NCBI GenBank assembly: GCA_964016885.1
Contig: OZ024745.1
Coordinates: 117,118,001 to 117,182,000 of the forward strand
Source of the DNA: Eledone cirrhosa
Lineage: Eukaryota
Length of the DNA: 64,000 nt
Reading direction: 5' to 3'
The notes under the pieces are model-generated. The model searched no databases and had not been told where the DNA came from. It saw only the letters and a list, made by a program, of their open reading frames with translations. Of the stretch, positions 14,145 through 26,033 are shown one piece after another (within the stretch, counting starts at the first letter, position 1; each line of letters opens with the position of its first letter). The position numbers were made by a program, and so were the translations under genes.

Positions 14145-14278
14145 GAAATTCATTAATTAAATGTGGCCAAACACATTTACAAATTGGAAATGCTGAGAAG
14201 GAATTTGTACAAACTGCCTGCAATAATTTTCTGTCACCATTGAAAAATTTCCTTGAAGGAGATATGAAAACAATTACA
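14145..14278 (+). CDS. SH3GLB1: Endophilin-B internal exon (N-BAR domain), 134 nt, phase 1-0
   Basis: Acceptor ttgtcttgcag, donor gtaagt. Translates (G)NSLIKCGQTHLQIGNAEKEFVQTACNNFLSPLKNFLEGDMKTIT, resembling endophilin-B1 GNALIKCGETQ...NFLTPLRNFIEGDYKTI (recalled sequence). Confidence 0.95.
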
Positions 14279-14444
14279 GTAAGTTTCCTCTCTAAAAATC
14301 TCAAAAACAAAAGTCTTGAATAATCCAAATATTATTTAATTTCAGTATTTTGCTGTTTTAGCTTGCTTAAAAAATTCATTTTGTTTCTTTGGAAAACTCA
14401 TATCTTACTAAATATTTTAAAATAAAGGCAGCATTATATTACCT

Positions 14445-14620
14445 ATCGGTAGAGGGTCGGACGCCATGCTTTGCAGCAAAGAGTTACGGCCCTTTATGGT
14501 CTGAGTTCAAATTCCGCCGAGGTTAACTTTGCCTTTCATCCTTACGGGATCGATGAAATAAAGTACCAGTAATGCACTGGGATAATTGCTGGCCTTGTGC
14601 CAAAAAGTAGAAACAATTAT
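14445..14620 (+). mobile_element. tRNA-derived SINE, family A (Nin-like central domain)
   Basis: B-box-like gagttcaaattcc, then gcctttcatccttacgggatcgatgaaataaagtaccag; five more copies in the window. Confidence 0.85.
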
Positions 14621-14981
14621 ATTACCTTTAAACTTCTATGCACTCATGTTTTTTTTTGTTTTTTTTTTTAATATATGGAATTGTTGGTAAGTAGAATAAA
14701 GTGTCCTGCTGAAGAATAACAAATTTGTCAGGGATTATGACTCCATGTGTGACCCAGTTCTTAGAATAAGTACACTGTATCCCTGAATGCTGTAAGAGGC
14801 AAGTAAAAATGTTGACATCAGGTAGAGCACCTGATTGTAAAACAACACATCCAACATATGCCAGTGAAAAGTCGACATAAGATGATATATGAGAAAGAGA
14901 GCTGCTAAAAATTGTACTTCATTTTGTATATGTATATTTCTCCTTGAAATTTTAAATTATGTTTGATTTTAATTTTTATAG

Positions 14982-15074
14982 AAAGAAAAGAGAGTTTTGG
15001 AAGTTAAGCGTTTGGATCTTGATTCTTGCAAGAACCGCCTAAGAAAGGCTAAAAGCCAAGCTGGCCAGCAACAG
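14982..15074 (+). CDS. SH3GLB1: Endophilin-B internal exon (BAR helix), 93 nt, phase 0-0
   Basis: Acceptor aatttttatag, donor gtaata. KEKRVLEVKRLDLDSCKNRLRKAKSQAGQQQ carries the endophilin RLDLD motif and is in frame with the previous exon. Confidence 0.95.
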
Positions 15075-16539
15075 GTAATAGTTGTGCTTCTTTCTCTCTC
15101 AAATGTTTATGAAGTGTCAGATGTATATAATTATTTTTGATTCTTTTTCACTTTATAATTGTTATAGTTACAGATCAATTTATTCAAAGATTGCTTTCAA
15201 TAATAAAAAAAATACTGTTTATTTTCAAAAACTTAAACTTATTCCACTTTTGAAATGTATTGCTGCTTCATTAGAATTCTTTTTGAATTTTGAATTTTTT
15301 AACTCTTTATCATGAAATGTTAAAAAGTAAATGCTGCATTTACATAACTTTTTTTTCTGCTATAAAATACTATTTCTTCTTTACATGTGTGTGGACACAT
15401 TCTCTCTTTCTCATGCTTACACACACTCTATATACTCACACATATTTTTCTACACATACACACATGCTCTTACTCTTTCTCCTTCACATTCTCAGTGACA
15501 AACTCTTTCCCGTTAAAATATATATTCTTATACTTTTTCTCCTTGCATATATATACATACTTATAGTATACTACTCACCCCGTTTTAGTTTTAAATTTAA
15601 ATATAAAATATTATCTAAGAGCTTCTTGCAAAGAAAATACTTTTTAGCTAGCATATATTTTGTTTGTGCTTATAACAGTTAATTATTGGTTGTTCCTGAT
15701 TATAACAGCTAATTATTTTTTATTAACCATGTGTACCACTAGCATGAGTTATCTAAAAGAAAAAAAATTGTTATTAAGCACTGTTCCATCACCAGAGGTA
15801 GGGTATTTGATTTCAGTTTTACTGTATTTTTAGCAATAAGTTTTAAGTTGCTCACAACAATCTTTTAATTTGAAGGAGCCCCATGAGATGGGGTGGCTGT
15901 TGTAGCGGGTGTTGCTGGTCATTGTCCTCAGAAAAGCCTTTGCCATTTTGTCTATGGGGCGCAGCTGAAACACCACCCTGACCTTGATGTAGAGTCTGTC
16001 ACCCTCTTCACTACCCCCTTTCTTCCTTTGTCTCGTAGTCATTGCTCTTTCCTTCCTTTTCCTCTCATTTATGTATTTCCAATACAGCTTTCTTTTTCTG
16101 TATGTTTAACCATCTTTTAATTACACTAAAATAAATTAGTTTTACCCTTGATGGGTGGGTATTATATGAAGACTTCCAAATTTGACATCAACCATCTTGA
16201 ACAATCAAAGTGTTGCTAGATGGTCACTCAACTTACTAGAAATTGCAGCCAAATCTCCCTCAAATTGCACCTCACCATTTTGAAAATCTAGAACATATTG
16301 AATAATGTAGTTGTGGATACACTATATCTGAGAATGATGGAATGTTCATGGCTGAAATACCATTAATCATAGGCCTGCTCAACCAGAGCTAATCTGGGGA
16401 TAAATAATGTGTGTGTGTGTGTGTGTAAACAAATTTAGTTAAGAACAATTCCTCATGCAAGCAAATGCAACAAACTGTACAAATGCAGTTATACAGAGCA
16501 CAAATAATACAATATCAAAAATGAAATTAAATTGTTTTA

Positions 16540-16631
16540 TTCCCGACATATGTTTCTGCAAAAATAAAAAAAATTTGCTCATGATCTGATGACTAAGCAT
16601 TTAATAATTATTTTTGCATCATTCAGAGGAA
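16540..16631 (-). ncRNA. Minimal type I hammerhead ribozyme-like motif (Penelope-LTR type) with one extra core base
   Basis: Minus strand: TTCCT-CTGAATGA-TGCAAAAATAA..TTATTTTTGCA-GAAA-CATATG-TC-GGGAA, overlapping AATAAA. Confidence 0.6.
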
Positions 16632-17122
16632 GCAAATTATGTTCGTTATAGGAAGCAATGCCATAAACAAAACTTTCAGATTGCCTTAACCTGTAAACAA
16701 AACTCATAACTCCTGCTAAACCTGACGAGCACCAGCCACCAAATGGGGAAAGACAGACATTATCAATCTGCAGATGTCATATTACGTAGTTTCTCTAATA
16801 TATTATAAACTATTATCTGCAGTAACTACAACCAGAAAGTATCTAGAAATGAGTTTACTCATTCAATTGTTTACCATATTTTTTACTAGTGGTCAGATCT
16901 TTGTGAAAATTTTCCATATTAGAGTAAAGACTTTGATTTTTATGTGATACAGTCATAATGCTGTTTTGTACATTTCAAGAAAGCCTTGCTAGTGCAACTT
17001 CATGTGAAACAGAACATTAAGAGTTAAAGAAATACATTTTTAAAATTATATATAAGAAAACATAGATTAGAAATCTTAAACGATAGTAATGTAAGGAATC
17101 GCTGATTGTTCCAACATCTTGT

Positions 17123-17155
<33 letters not shown>

Positions 17156-18744
17156 CTTGTGCTTTAACAATTGTTTTCCTCTGTTTTCTCCGTGTTTTCT
17201 CCATGTTAGGTAAATCTTAAATGGAAACTGACAGTTATGAAGTACTTTCCCTCTATATTCATTTTATACATGTCATATCATGTTTATAATAGATTATAGC
17301 AAAGGTTTTTTTTTTTTTTCTCGTCACGCACATTGTTCAATTAGCCTATAAGCAAAATCATGTGAGAATGTTAGTCCTATTATTGTAGCATCAGTCATGT
17401 CATGATTCCTTGGAGTAACTTTTTTTTCTTAAGACAAGAAATGAAGCTGAACAGTTGATTTCATGTTCAATACATACAGCTAATTTCATTTCTCCATTGT
17501 CAGTAAACATCTTGCTGGTTACCCAGATATATTAGATAGAAATCATTTACATTTTTACACTTAATTTGGAGTGTTAATTACTTTGAAAACAATACATACA
17601 ATATAAGAAGCAGTAAATAACAGAATTCATTTAGTTAGCTTTTTTATGGGATAGCTTAGGTTATAAAGACATGGTTTTGAACATAGAAATTATTTTGATA
17701 GAGCTTTCTTTCTTTTTTTTTATTTATTTCTTGCATACATAATATAATAAAGGAAATGTTTGGAATGTGGCAAGTGAAGTTTTTTAGAATTGAAATAGAA
17801 ACATCCCTGTAACATTAACTACATAATACTGTACATGTCTGCTGATACCTATCTTTTCCCATTCAGTGGGTTTATATGCCCCATTATTAAACTGTATTAT
17901 GTAGTTAATGTTACAGGGATGCTTCTCTTTCTATTTCAATTCTATATAAGTTATCTACACTATGCAAATATAGTACTGCATGTTTAGCACTTGAAAATCA
18001 GACTATTGTAATAAGCAAGAAAGCCAAACTATTTTTTATTAAAAACAGCTTGTATATTGATGAACAATAGCGACATCAGACATTTGGTTTACAAAAATTA
18101 GTCAATAGTTTATTAAATTTTCAATGGGCCAAGTAACATGAGGAGGTTTATGATTTTGAATAATTGTATTTCATTCTGCAAGATGTGTTCAACTCCAGAT
18201 TCTGAAAGATTGTTCCAGTATTTAATAGCTGGGTGAAGAAAACACCTATTTAAAGTGTTGATGTGACATCCAGCATGGGAAGGGCATGTACAATTATAAA
18301 GATGCATTGGTATATACTGCTGCAGTAGCATTGATCTGATTTCTAATAATAGGCTGTAGTTTGTATGTATTCTGTAGAGAACTATTGCAACAATCTCGCT
18401 CTTGCAATGTAAACTTCAAATGTAGTATCTTAAAAACTTTATTTTGAATTGAGTCAAATTAACTGATAATACAATGTGAAGCATTCATTTGGGATAGGCT
18501 GACATACTCCTTGATATTTCAAGCTTGTACTTTGTAGATACTATCTCCTTTTGAATTCAGTTTGTTTGTAATTTTGCCTGTTATAAATGGACAAAGTTTT
18601 GGTGTGTGTGTGTGTGTGTGCATGTGCACACAAAGTATATGCTGTAGCAGTAGCAGTCTGAAGAAATAATGCAGATTTTAGTTACATGGTCAGCTACAGT
18701 ATTACATTGCTATCATGAAAAAAAAAATTAAGGTTAAAATTACA

Positions 18745-19100
18745 TCATTTTTCATCTGTTTTCCATACTTTCATGGGTTGGATGGGTCCTTTACAGTACA
18801 GCATCTCTCCACTTGCCATGTTTCTTCATCATCTCCTCTGTGAGTCTCAGTGATTTGAGGTCAGCTCTCACAACCTCTGCCCAGGTCTTTCTTGGTCTAC
18901 CTCTACTGCAGATTACTTCTACTGGGATTTCCTGGCACTTCTTCACGCATCAATCATTGTTCATGTGCATCACATGTCCATACCAATGCAATCTTCTCCC
19001 CTGCACACCACCTTAGATTCCTCTTAAATCCAGTTTCTACCTCAGTTCATCCAGGCTCTGCCTTTCTCTCACATTTATATTACACATCCATTTATCCATT
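18745..19100 (-). mobile_element. Degraded RTE 3' fragment
   Basis: ccaggtctttcttggtctacctct and cacatgtccataccaatgcaatctt correspond to GRPRKTW and LHWYGHVM on the minus strand. Confidence 0.7.
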
Positions 19101-19602
19101 ACAATGATGTAATGATGATAATTCCTTCAAACAAAAGCTTGATTTGCATTTATTGAAACTTTTCAGGTGTTCAGTGACCTTCAAAACTAAAACTGAGTTT
19201 ATATGAAAACCTGTTCTGTTCAGCAGTTTTACTTATTTTTCTACATAGTTTCAACGTGTCATTTCATGTTGACATACTTTCAACATTTTCATATCTCTTG
19301 ATGTAATTTTTTTTTTTTTTTTTACATCCAATTTTAACTTCATTTAGGAATTTCATCTTATTACATCTCATTTCCTTTTTTTATTTCCCTCTTTTTCTGA
19401 TTCTTCCTTTATTTCTCTTGGATTCTTCACCTCTCTCTCTTTCTCTCTTTCTCTCTTTCTCTCTCTCTTTCTCTCTTTCTCTCTCTTTTTCTCTCTCTTT
19501 CTCTTTCTCTCTTTCTCTCTCTCTCTCATATAAAGTTTTTTAATACAAAGTTTGCATTTACTTTTTAAGATTGATTGGGGGGCTTAAAAGTAAGTTTCTG
19601 AA

Positions 19603-19642
<40 letters not shown>

Positions 19643-19930
19643 CTGTAATATACAGTTTATATTTGTATAATTCACACCTTCCATGAAAATATGTATAGCT
19701 TATCTACTTGACACACAAAACCTCAATTAAAAATATATGCAACATTTTAAATGTATGTAAAATGGTGGTGTGGCTTATATATGGCATATTCCTTTTTGAA
19801 ATATGACAACTTCAGAAATTCATTTATCCTTTATTTCTCATTTCTTTGCTCTTTAACTTAAATGTACTAATTAATTTAATTCTGAAATTATACCACAATT
19901 TATAATCAATATCTAATGATACTTTTTCTT

Positions 19931-20137
19931 GGCATACGTCAAAACGGCCGGTCTGAAAAGTGAAACTAATTTTTGACAGTTACGTATTCACTCATCTGAA
20001 TAGATTTGTGTATATATAGTCCTGTATAAACTTCGAGATGACTATAATGTAGACACACGCAATTGTATAGATTTCTTAATATATATATATGTGTGGGTGT
20101 GTATATATATATATATGTGTGTGTGTGTATATATATA

Positions 20138-20170
<33 letters not shown>

Positions 20171-20407
20171 GTGTGTGTATGTATATATATGTGTTTGTAT
20201 ATATATATGTGTGTTTGTATATATATATGTGTTTGTATATGTGTACATATACACACATATATGTGTTGTACATGTGTATATACATCTATAAGTTTGTGGA
20301 TGTGTGTAAAAAAATATCACGTATTCACAATCCAAATTGAAAATAATGACGTACGTAACTGTCAAAAATTAGTTTCACTTTTGAGACCGGCCGTTTTGAC
20401 GTATACC
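19931..20407. mobile_element. Mutator-like (MULE) MITE with internal (TA/TG)n microsatellite
   Basis: ~56-bp TIRs ggcatacgtcaaaacggccggtct..gacagttacgta with 2 mismatches, GG..CC termini, perfect 9-bp TSD ctttttctt (19922-19930, 20408-20416). Confidence 0.92.
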
Positions 20408-20471
20408 CTTTTTCTTTTGCTTTCTTGTATCAAACTTTTTTCTTACTGATGTCCTTTTTATTTTCACAAAG

Positions 20472-20504
20472 CCTGATCCTTACATGAACCCTGTTTTGGT
20501 GGAG
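20472..20504 (+). CDS. SH3GLB1: Candidate alternative 33-nt cassette exon of endophilin-B (PDPYMNPVLVE)
   Basis: Branch-like tactgat, pyrimidine tract and caaag acceptor; GAG|gtagct donor; frame-preserving phase 0-0 with no stop; TGCATG at 20599-20604. Confidence 0.5.
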
Positions 20505-21381
20505 GTAGCTATTACTGTTGTTGATTTCTCAAAGCTGTCTTGTCAATTTTTTTTAACTGCTTATATATATATATACTTACATGTAAGAAATGTTAGCTTG
20601 CATGGAAAGCCAATGATCTTGATTAGTTTGCTGACAGAAATCAACAGAAATCCTGAAATGTTGAATCCGGAATTGTTGCTCTCTGTCAGCTGGTGACTTA
20701 TCAGATAATAAATGTACACACACTCTCAACTAGCATTTATTAGATAAAGTTGGATTTTTATTTTAATGTTTCCTTTTGGTTAAAATATAGTATTATAGTT
20801 TGTAGAGTATTTTTACATTTTTTTTTTGTTGTTTATTGGTTTTGATGTTGTTGTTTTTTAAATAGCTAGTTTGAAATGTATTTATGAATCTAACTACACA
20901 AGATTTGTTGTCACCGGTTTACACTCATTTAGTTTAATCTAACCAGTAATGAAAAAGCTTATATTGTTTACAAATTTTATTAAATAAAAATGTCCCACTC
21001 TTTTTAAAAGATTTTGCTGATGCCTCCTCTTTAAAAAGAATCTCTTAATGGTTTGAAGATGGGACTGGAAACATCAAAATCGTGTTTTCATGTTATGCCT
21101 CTAAGAATAAATCCATTTAGCAGAGCCTGTCTCCTCCAAGCTATACACTATGTCAAATGAATAAGCTATACACTGTCAAATGAATGTATGCAAAGTAAAA
21201 TGAAATGGTTCAACTGAGTAAAGCCTATATTGCAGGTTTAGTTTGCCAAAAATGTGCCACTATTCTAAGACTCAAACTTTATGGAGTTTGATGCATTAGA
21301 AATTATAAGGGATGCTCCATGAATCTTACTTAAAATAAAATGGGATCTTCTGTTGAAGTTTTAACTCTTCTAAGCCATTAA

Positions 21382-21643
21382 CCCTTTAGCATTTAAACCA
21401 ACCATATCCAGCCAGAATCCTCTTACCTCTTTCTGTTCAAACCAGCTGTAACTGACCGCTCATACTGACATTAAGGTATTGTTTTCAAAATAAATATCAA
21501 CATCTCATAGATTTGATATTATGTGAGATAAAGCCTTTACTGTGAAAATACAATAGTATATATAGAGTAATGTAAATGTTATGTGAGATATTTATGTGAG
21601 GTGAAGTCTTTACTGTGAAAATATAATAGTAAATGCTAAAGGG
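21382..21643. mobile_element. piggyBac-type MITE
   Basis: TTAA on both flanks; 14-bp TIR ccctttagcattta / taaatgctaaaggg; a partial related copy lies at ~54640-55015. Confidence 0.85.
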
Positions 21644-22159
21644 TTAAACTAGTTAGGCATCAATTTTCTCCTACATCTGAAGGTTTAGAATTGTTGTTTT
21701 TATTGATGTCTCCGATTTCTTGGCTTGGTGGAAACTTTCCATGTAAGAATAAACTATTCTATAACTAAGTTTTACCATTTCTGACCAATAATAATGTTTT
21801 AAAAAATAGATATTTACTTAATGTTAGTTATGTGAATAATTACTCTTGCGAACATTGTTTTCGTGTTCTCTTGTGTGACATTTATTATTAAATGGATTTA
21901 TTGAAATGTGTACTATTAATGAAATGGTTATAGTTTCATTAACAAGCAGTTTCTAAATTTGGATGTAAATAAAATAGTTTAATTTACTATCGAACACAAT
22001 TTACCCACACACCCCCATTTAAGCCTTATTTAAATATTCTACCTTCCCATAAGTACTAAAAATTCACTATTAGTAGTGAATAAGATTATATAGAAAAACT
22101 TTAACTTATGTGTATGAAATAAAAAATTGCTTATGTTCCTTATATCTATGTATGTATGT

Positions 22160-23075
22160 TGGTTCACTCTTGAGTGCTACTGATAATATGTAACCCAGTA
22201 CAACCTGTCACATCAGTGACTAAACCAGCAACCCCACCAAGTTTACTTGGTGAGGAGGGTGATTTTGGACACCCTGCAGGACAGAAAACAAAACCCGACA
22301 TGAGCGGCAAAACTCATAAGAGTCAACGGCCATCCAAAAATGTGTATGTTATGTATCATCATCATCATTTCATTTTACGTCTGCTTTTTCCCTGCTTGCA
22401 AGGGTGGGACGGGAACTGATTTTGGTTTGATTTCTACAGCTGGATGCCCTTCCTAACACCAACCTCATTTACAGTGAGTGCTGGGTGCTTTTTTGCCGTG
22501 GCACCTCCACGACCACTTTGCAGTGGAATGATATGGACCCCAGTTCCTATCATCTCATTTTTACAGCTGAGTAAACTGGAGCAATGTGAAATAAAGTGTC
22601 TTGCTCAAGGAAACAACACATCACCCGGTCTGAGAATTGAACTCACAACCTTTCGATTGCAAGGCCAATGCTCTAACCACTAAGCCATGTGCCTCCATAA
22701 TGTATATACATGTATGTACATGTATATATGTATATACATGTATGTATATGCGCGGGGACATAGAAATAAATGGGCTGGATACCGAATCGCGTGGTTAAAC
22801 AACTAGGAGTGAAGGACCACTAGCTTTGTCAGGGCATTCTTCTCGGAGAAGGCAACTCAGGGAATTGGGATAATTCTGACATAAAACCTGTGGCTCAGTA
22901 GTTACCGATGTTGATCTTTTCGGGTTATAGCTACTGCTGCTCAGTGAGTGGGATTGGCTCAGTGCACAGTCTTTCCTCACTTTAAGAAAAGTCTTCACAC
23001 ACAGGCATTGCATGATAGCATTGATAATGTTATATCGTGCAATGGCCATACTCGATAACGAGGGGGCAGCCATCA
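22160..23075 (+). mobile_element. (TATG)n-flanked non-autonomous retroelement, interrupted by a SINE
   Basis: Colinear with 61261-61866; ends ggcagccatc(atgt)n. Confidence 0.8.
22355..22697 (-). mobile_element. tRNA-headed SINE, family B (CORE-like body, RTE-type tail)
   Basis: Minus strand: A-box tggcttagtgg, B-box gagttcaattc, ccttgagcaagacac body, ttaggaagggcatccagc motif, (ATG)n tail. Confidence 0.8.
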
Positions 23076-23390
23076 TGTATGTATGTATGTATCTGTGTGT
23101 GTATGTATGTATGTAGAAGTATCCATTGGTGGGGAAAAGGAAAACCGTGCTCAGTCAAGATACATGGAACAAAAGTGTTACCCAAGGTTTCAAAGTCCAA
23201 TATTGACCATATCTCCAGATTGTAAAAGGGATCAAAATTGTACCTAATATTCAGTCACTTAAACAAGTAGAAGTGCCTAAATATTAGGTCACATTTTATT
23301 TATTTCCTGTATATCACAAGCTTCATAATTTGTAAGTGGATGGAACTTGAAATAGGATTGGCTCTGTTAGGATGAATTGCCCTTGAATTA

Positions 23391-23421
<31 letters not shown>

Positions 23422-24170
23422 CTAGAAGCACTAAACATCTCAATGGATTACACAAATTAAATATTACTACTTAAATCATATGGCTTTTGTCATACTGAAG
23501 TATGTCTCTAATATTTTCCTAATGATGTCGCCATGATAGAATGTAGTCAAACTGAACATGCATTTTTTTAACTGTCTCAGGACATAATTTTGATGATCAC
23601 ATTGTATGACAATTGCTTTGTACAAGGTAATCTTTTAGGTATTGGAGAAGGCATAGGAACTGTAAACTACATCCAAAGGAAAGGAGGTATTCACAAAACC
23701 ATTAGGTTTATAATTTTATTGAAGAGAAATAATTCAATCAACAAATTTTGAGAAATAATTCACTTTTTCTTGTCAGATTAGGAAGGTTGAAACAAACAGA
23801 TTAATGTCCTGTCTCTAGGTAAAACATAGCTTCCATGGAGTTTAAACTAGTGACCTTGTTAATAGTCTGACCGTTATTTTTAATATATAAACACAATTAA
23901 CAGATGGTTTTTATGTCAAGTAAAACCATATAAATCTTCCATTTTACCTTTCTTGGTAGCATGAAAGCTAGAATCTACAAGACAGTGGATAAGTTCAAGA
24001 TGTTTAATCATTGATAGCAACATTTTCTCTTGTTTTAAGCTGTTTTCTTTGCTTTGCAATTTCAAAATAGATGTGTTGGAAGTTAAACCTGTAACTGCAA
24101 GTTGCCTTTCTTCACTTTATACCAGTTTCCAATGTAAACTTTGATAACCTTTAAAAGCTATCTCAATAAT

Positions 24171-24247
24171 TGTTTCTACTTTAGGCACAAGGCCAGCAAT
24201 TACCCAGTGCATTACTGGTACTTTATTTTATCGACCCCATAAGGATG
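24171..24247 (-). mobile_element. 5'-truncated family A SINE with TSD
   Basis: Flanked by duplicated aaaagctatctcaataat. Confidence 0.8.
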
Positions 24248-25194
24248 AAAAGCTATCTCAATAATGAGCCTTGTTTCCTTCTTTTAATATCTTAGGAAGA
24301 AACTTTGTGTGGACATTTTTTTAAGTACCAGCTAAGCAGCTGGTGGCATTTAGCAGAAATCTAATGAATTATGGAACTCAATTTTTCTGTTTAAATTTTA
24401 GTATCTTCTTTTAAAGACATTGAGCTAAATTAATACTTAAAATATTTTCTTCTCCATTATCTACCTAGGTTTTCTATTATCAATTAATTTTTGATGAAAT
24501 TATCAATCAATCAACTCAATAAAATTACATATCAATGATTTTATTGCTTAATAGCTTTTATTAGAAAATATAACCAAAATATTAGAATTTTTATTTAATG
24601 ATTTACATTTAAATAATTGAAATTTATTCATCTTTTATTCATTTACTGCTAAATCAAGACTAAATGTGGCAGTTCCTTTTTTTTTTCTGTGAAAACTTTC
24701 AATAACAATTAGATTGGACAAATTGTCATGCCCTAAATAGTTCTTACAGTATTAAGTCATTAAACAGATAATGTTATAACTCGATATTTCTAAGGTTTCT
24801 TTCCATTTCTCCATTATATGTACACTGGTTACTTGATATTGCATACCATCCTAATTTGCATTTTAGACTCATGAGAACTTTTTATACCTTAGATTTTGTT
24901 AGTTCAGTCTTCAGCCAAATATAAATTCTTTCTAGGAAATGAATTTGCTAATGTTTTGTAATTCATTACAGTGCCTGTACTTTTCACTGCTTTAGCTTTT
25001 ATCCTGTGTAGATTCTACTGCTTCCATAAACTTTGTAGCACCTGATTATGTCATGAATATGCTATGAAGAGCTTTGAATCATGCTACCAATTATAAATAT
25101 ATTGATGTCTATACTGCTTAGAATTATATTCCTAATTATCTAACCCATAAATCAGATTAATGTTGTTCTTTATCTGGCAGCTCATAATTTATTC

Positions 25195-25231
<37 letters not shown>

Positions 25232-25709
25232 TTCAATATATTTGCAAATAATAGATTCATCAAATATTTGATTCCTAAATATGGAATCCAATAGGTCACT
25301 CCCTGCTTCATTGTAACTTATACACATGGTTAACTCTTTGAATATGAACAAACTTTTCTAGTGGTGTCACCCTAATACAAAATAGTGAAACTAGGCATGT
25401 TTTTTTTTATCATTCTCTACTCTACATCTGAAAGTTAACATACAACTACTGAGGTATCTGATTACCTGACCTGATCAAAACACACCTGAAAGGCTCATAC
25501 TGATTGTTCTGTTATAAACCACCTGTTAAGGTCCCCCTTCAGTGGCAATGGAAATACCTCTACTACTACTAGAGATTGAGCATATATGAATGTAAATTAT
25601 ATTTGATTGTATATTACTAGCAAAACCCTTAATTACATTATTGATTTAATTTCACATTATATAAGTTTGTTTGGGACTTTTCTTTAATGAAATCTGAGTA
25701 ATTAGCAAT

Positions 25710-26033
25710 ATCATCATCATCATTTAATGTCTACTTTCCACACTAGCATGGGTTAGACGGGTTTGCTTCATTTGAGGCAAGTTGGGTCAGGTGACTATGC
25801 CTTGCTCATATAGGGCTGTTCCTGGCTGGATGCCCTTCTTAATGCCAACCACATTTATAGTGTGCGCTGGGTGCTTTATGTTGACACCTACACGACCACT
25901 TTATTGTGGGCTGGATATTTTGTGGTACCGACATAACTTTACAGAGTAAGGGTGGTATGGGGTGTATATTGGATTAAGAGGTGCCTACTGAGTGTAAGTT
26001 TAAGTCCGTGTGCAAAGGAAGGTGGGTCTTCTG
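25710..26033 (-). mobile_element. RTE 3' UTR-only insertion
   Basis: (CAT)n tail and sequence colinear with 1996-2375. Confidence 0.8.

Noticed and set aside
16720-16765. Second hammerhead on + strand (CTGACGAG...GAAA)
   Set aside because: No convincing stem II or III and no NUH cleavage site.
19966-20449. Stack of ORFs on both strands
   Set aside because: Microsatellite inside the MULE MITE.
22630-22697. tRNA gene
   Set aside because: The A/B boxes belong to a SINE head followed by a CORE-like body; there is no complete cloverleaf.
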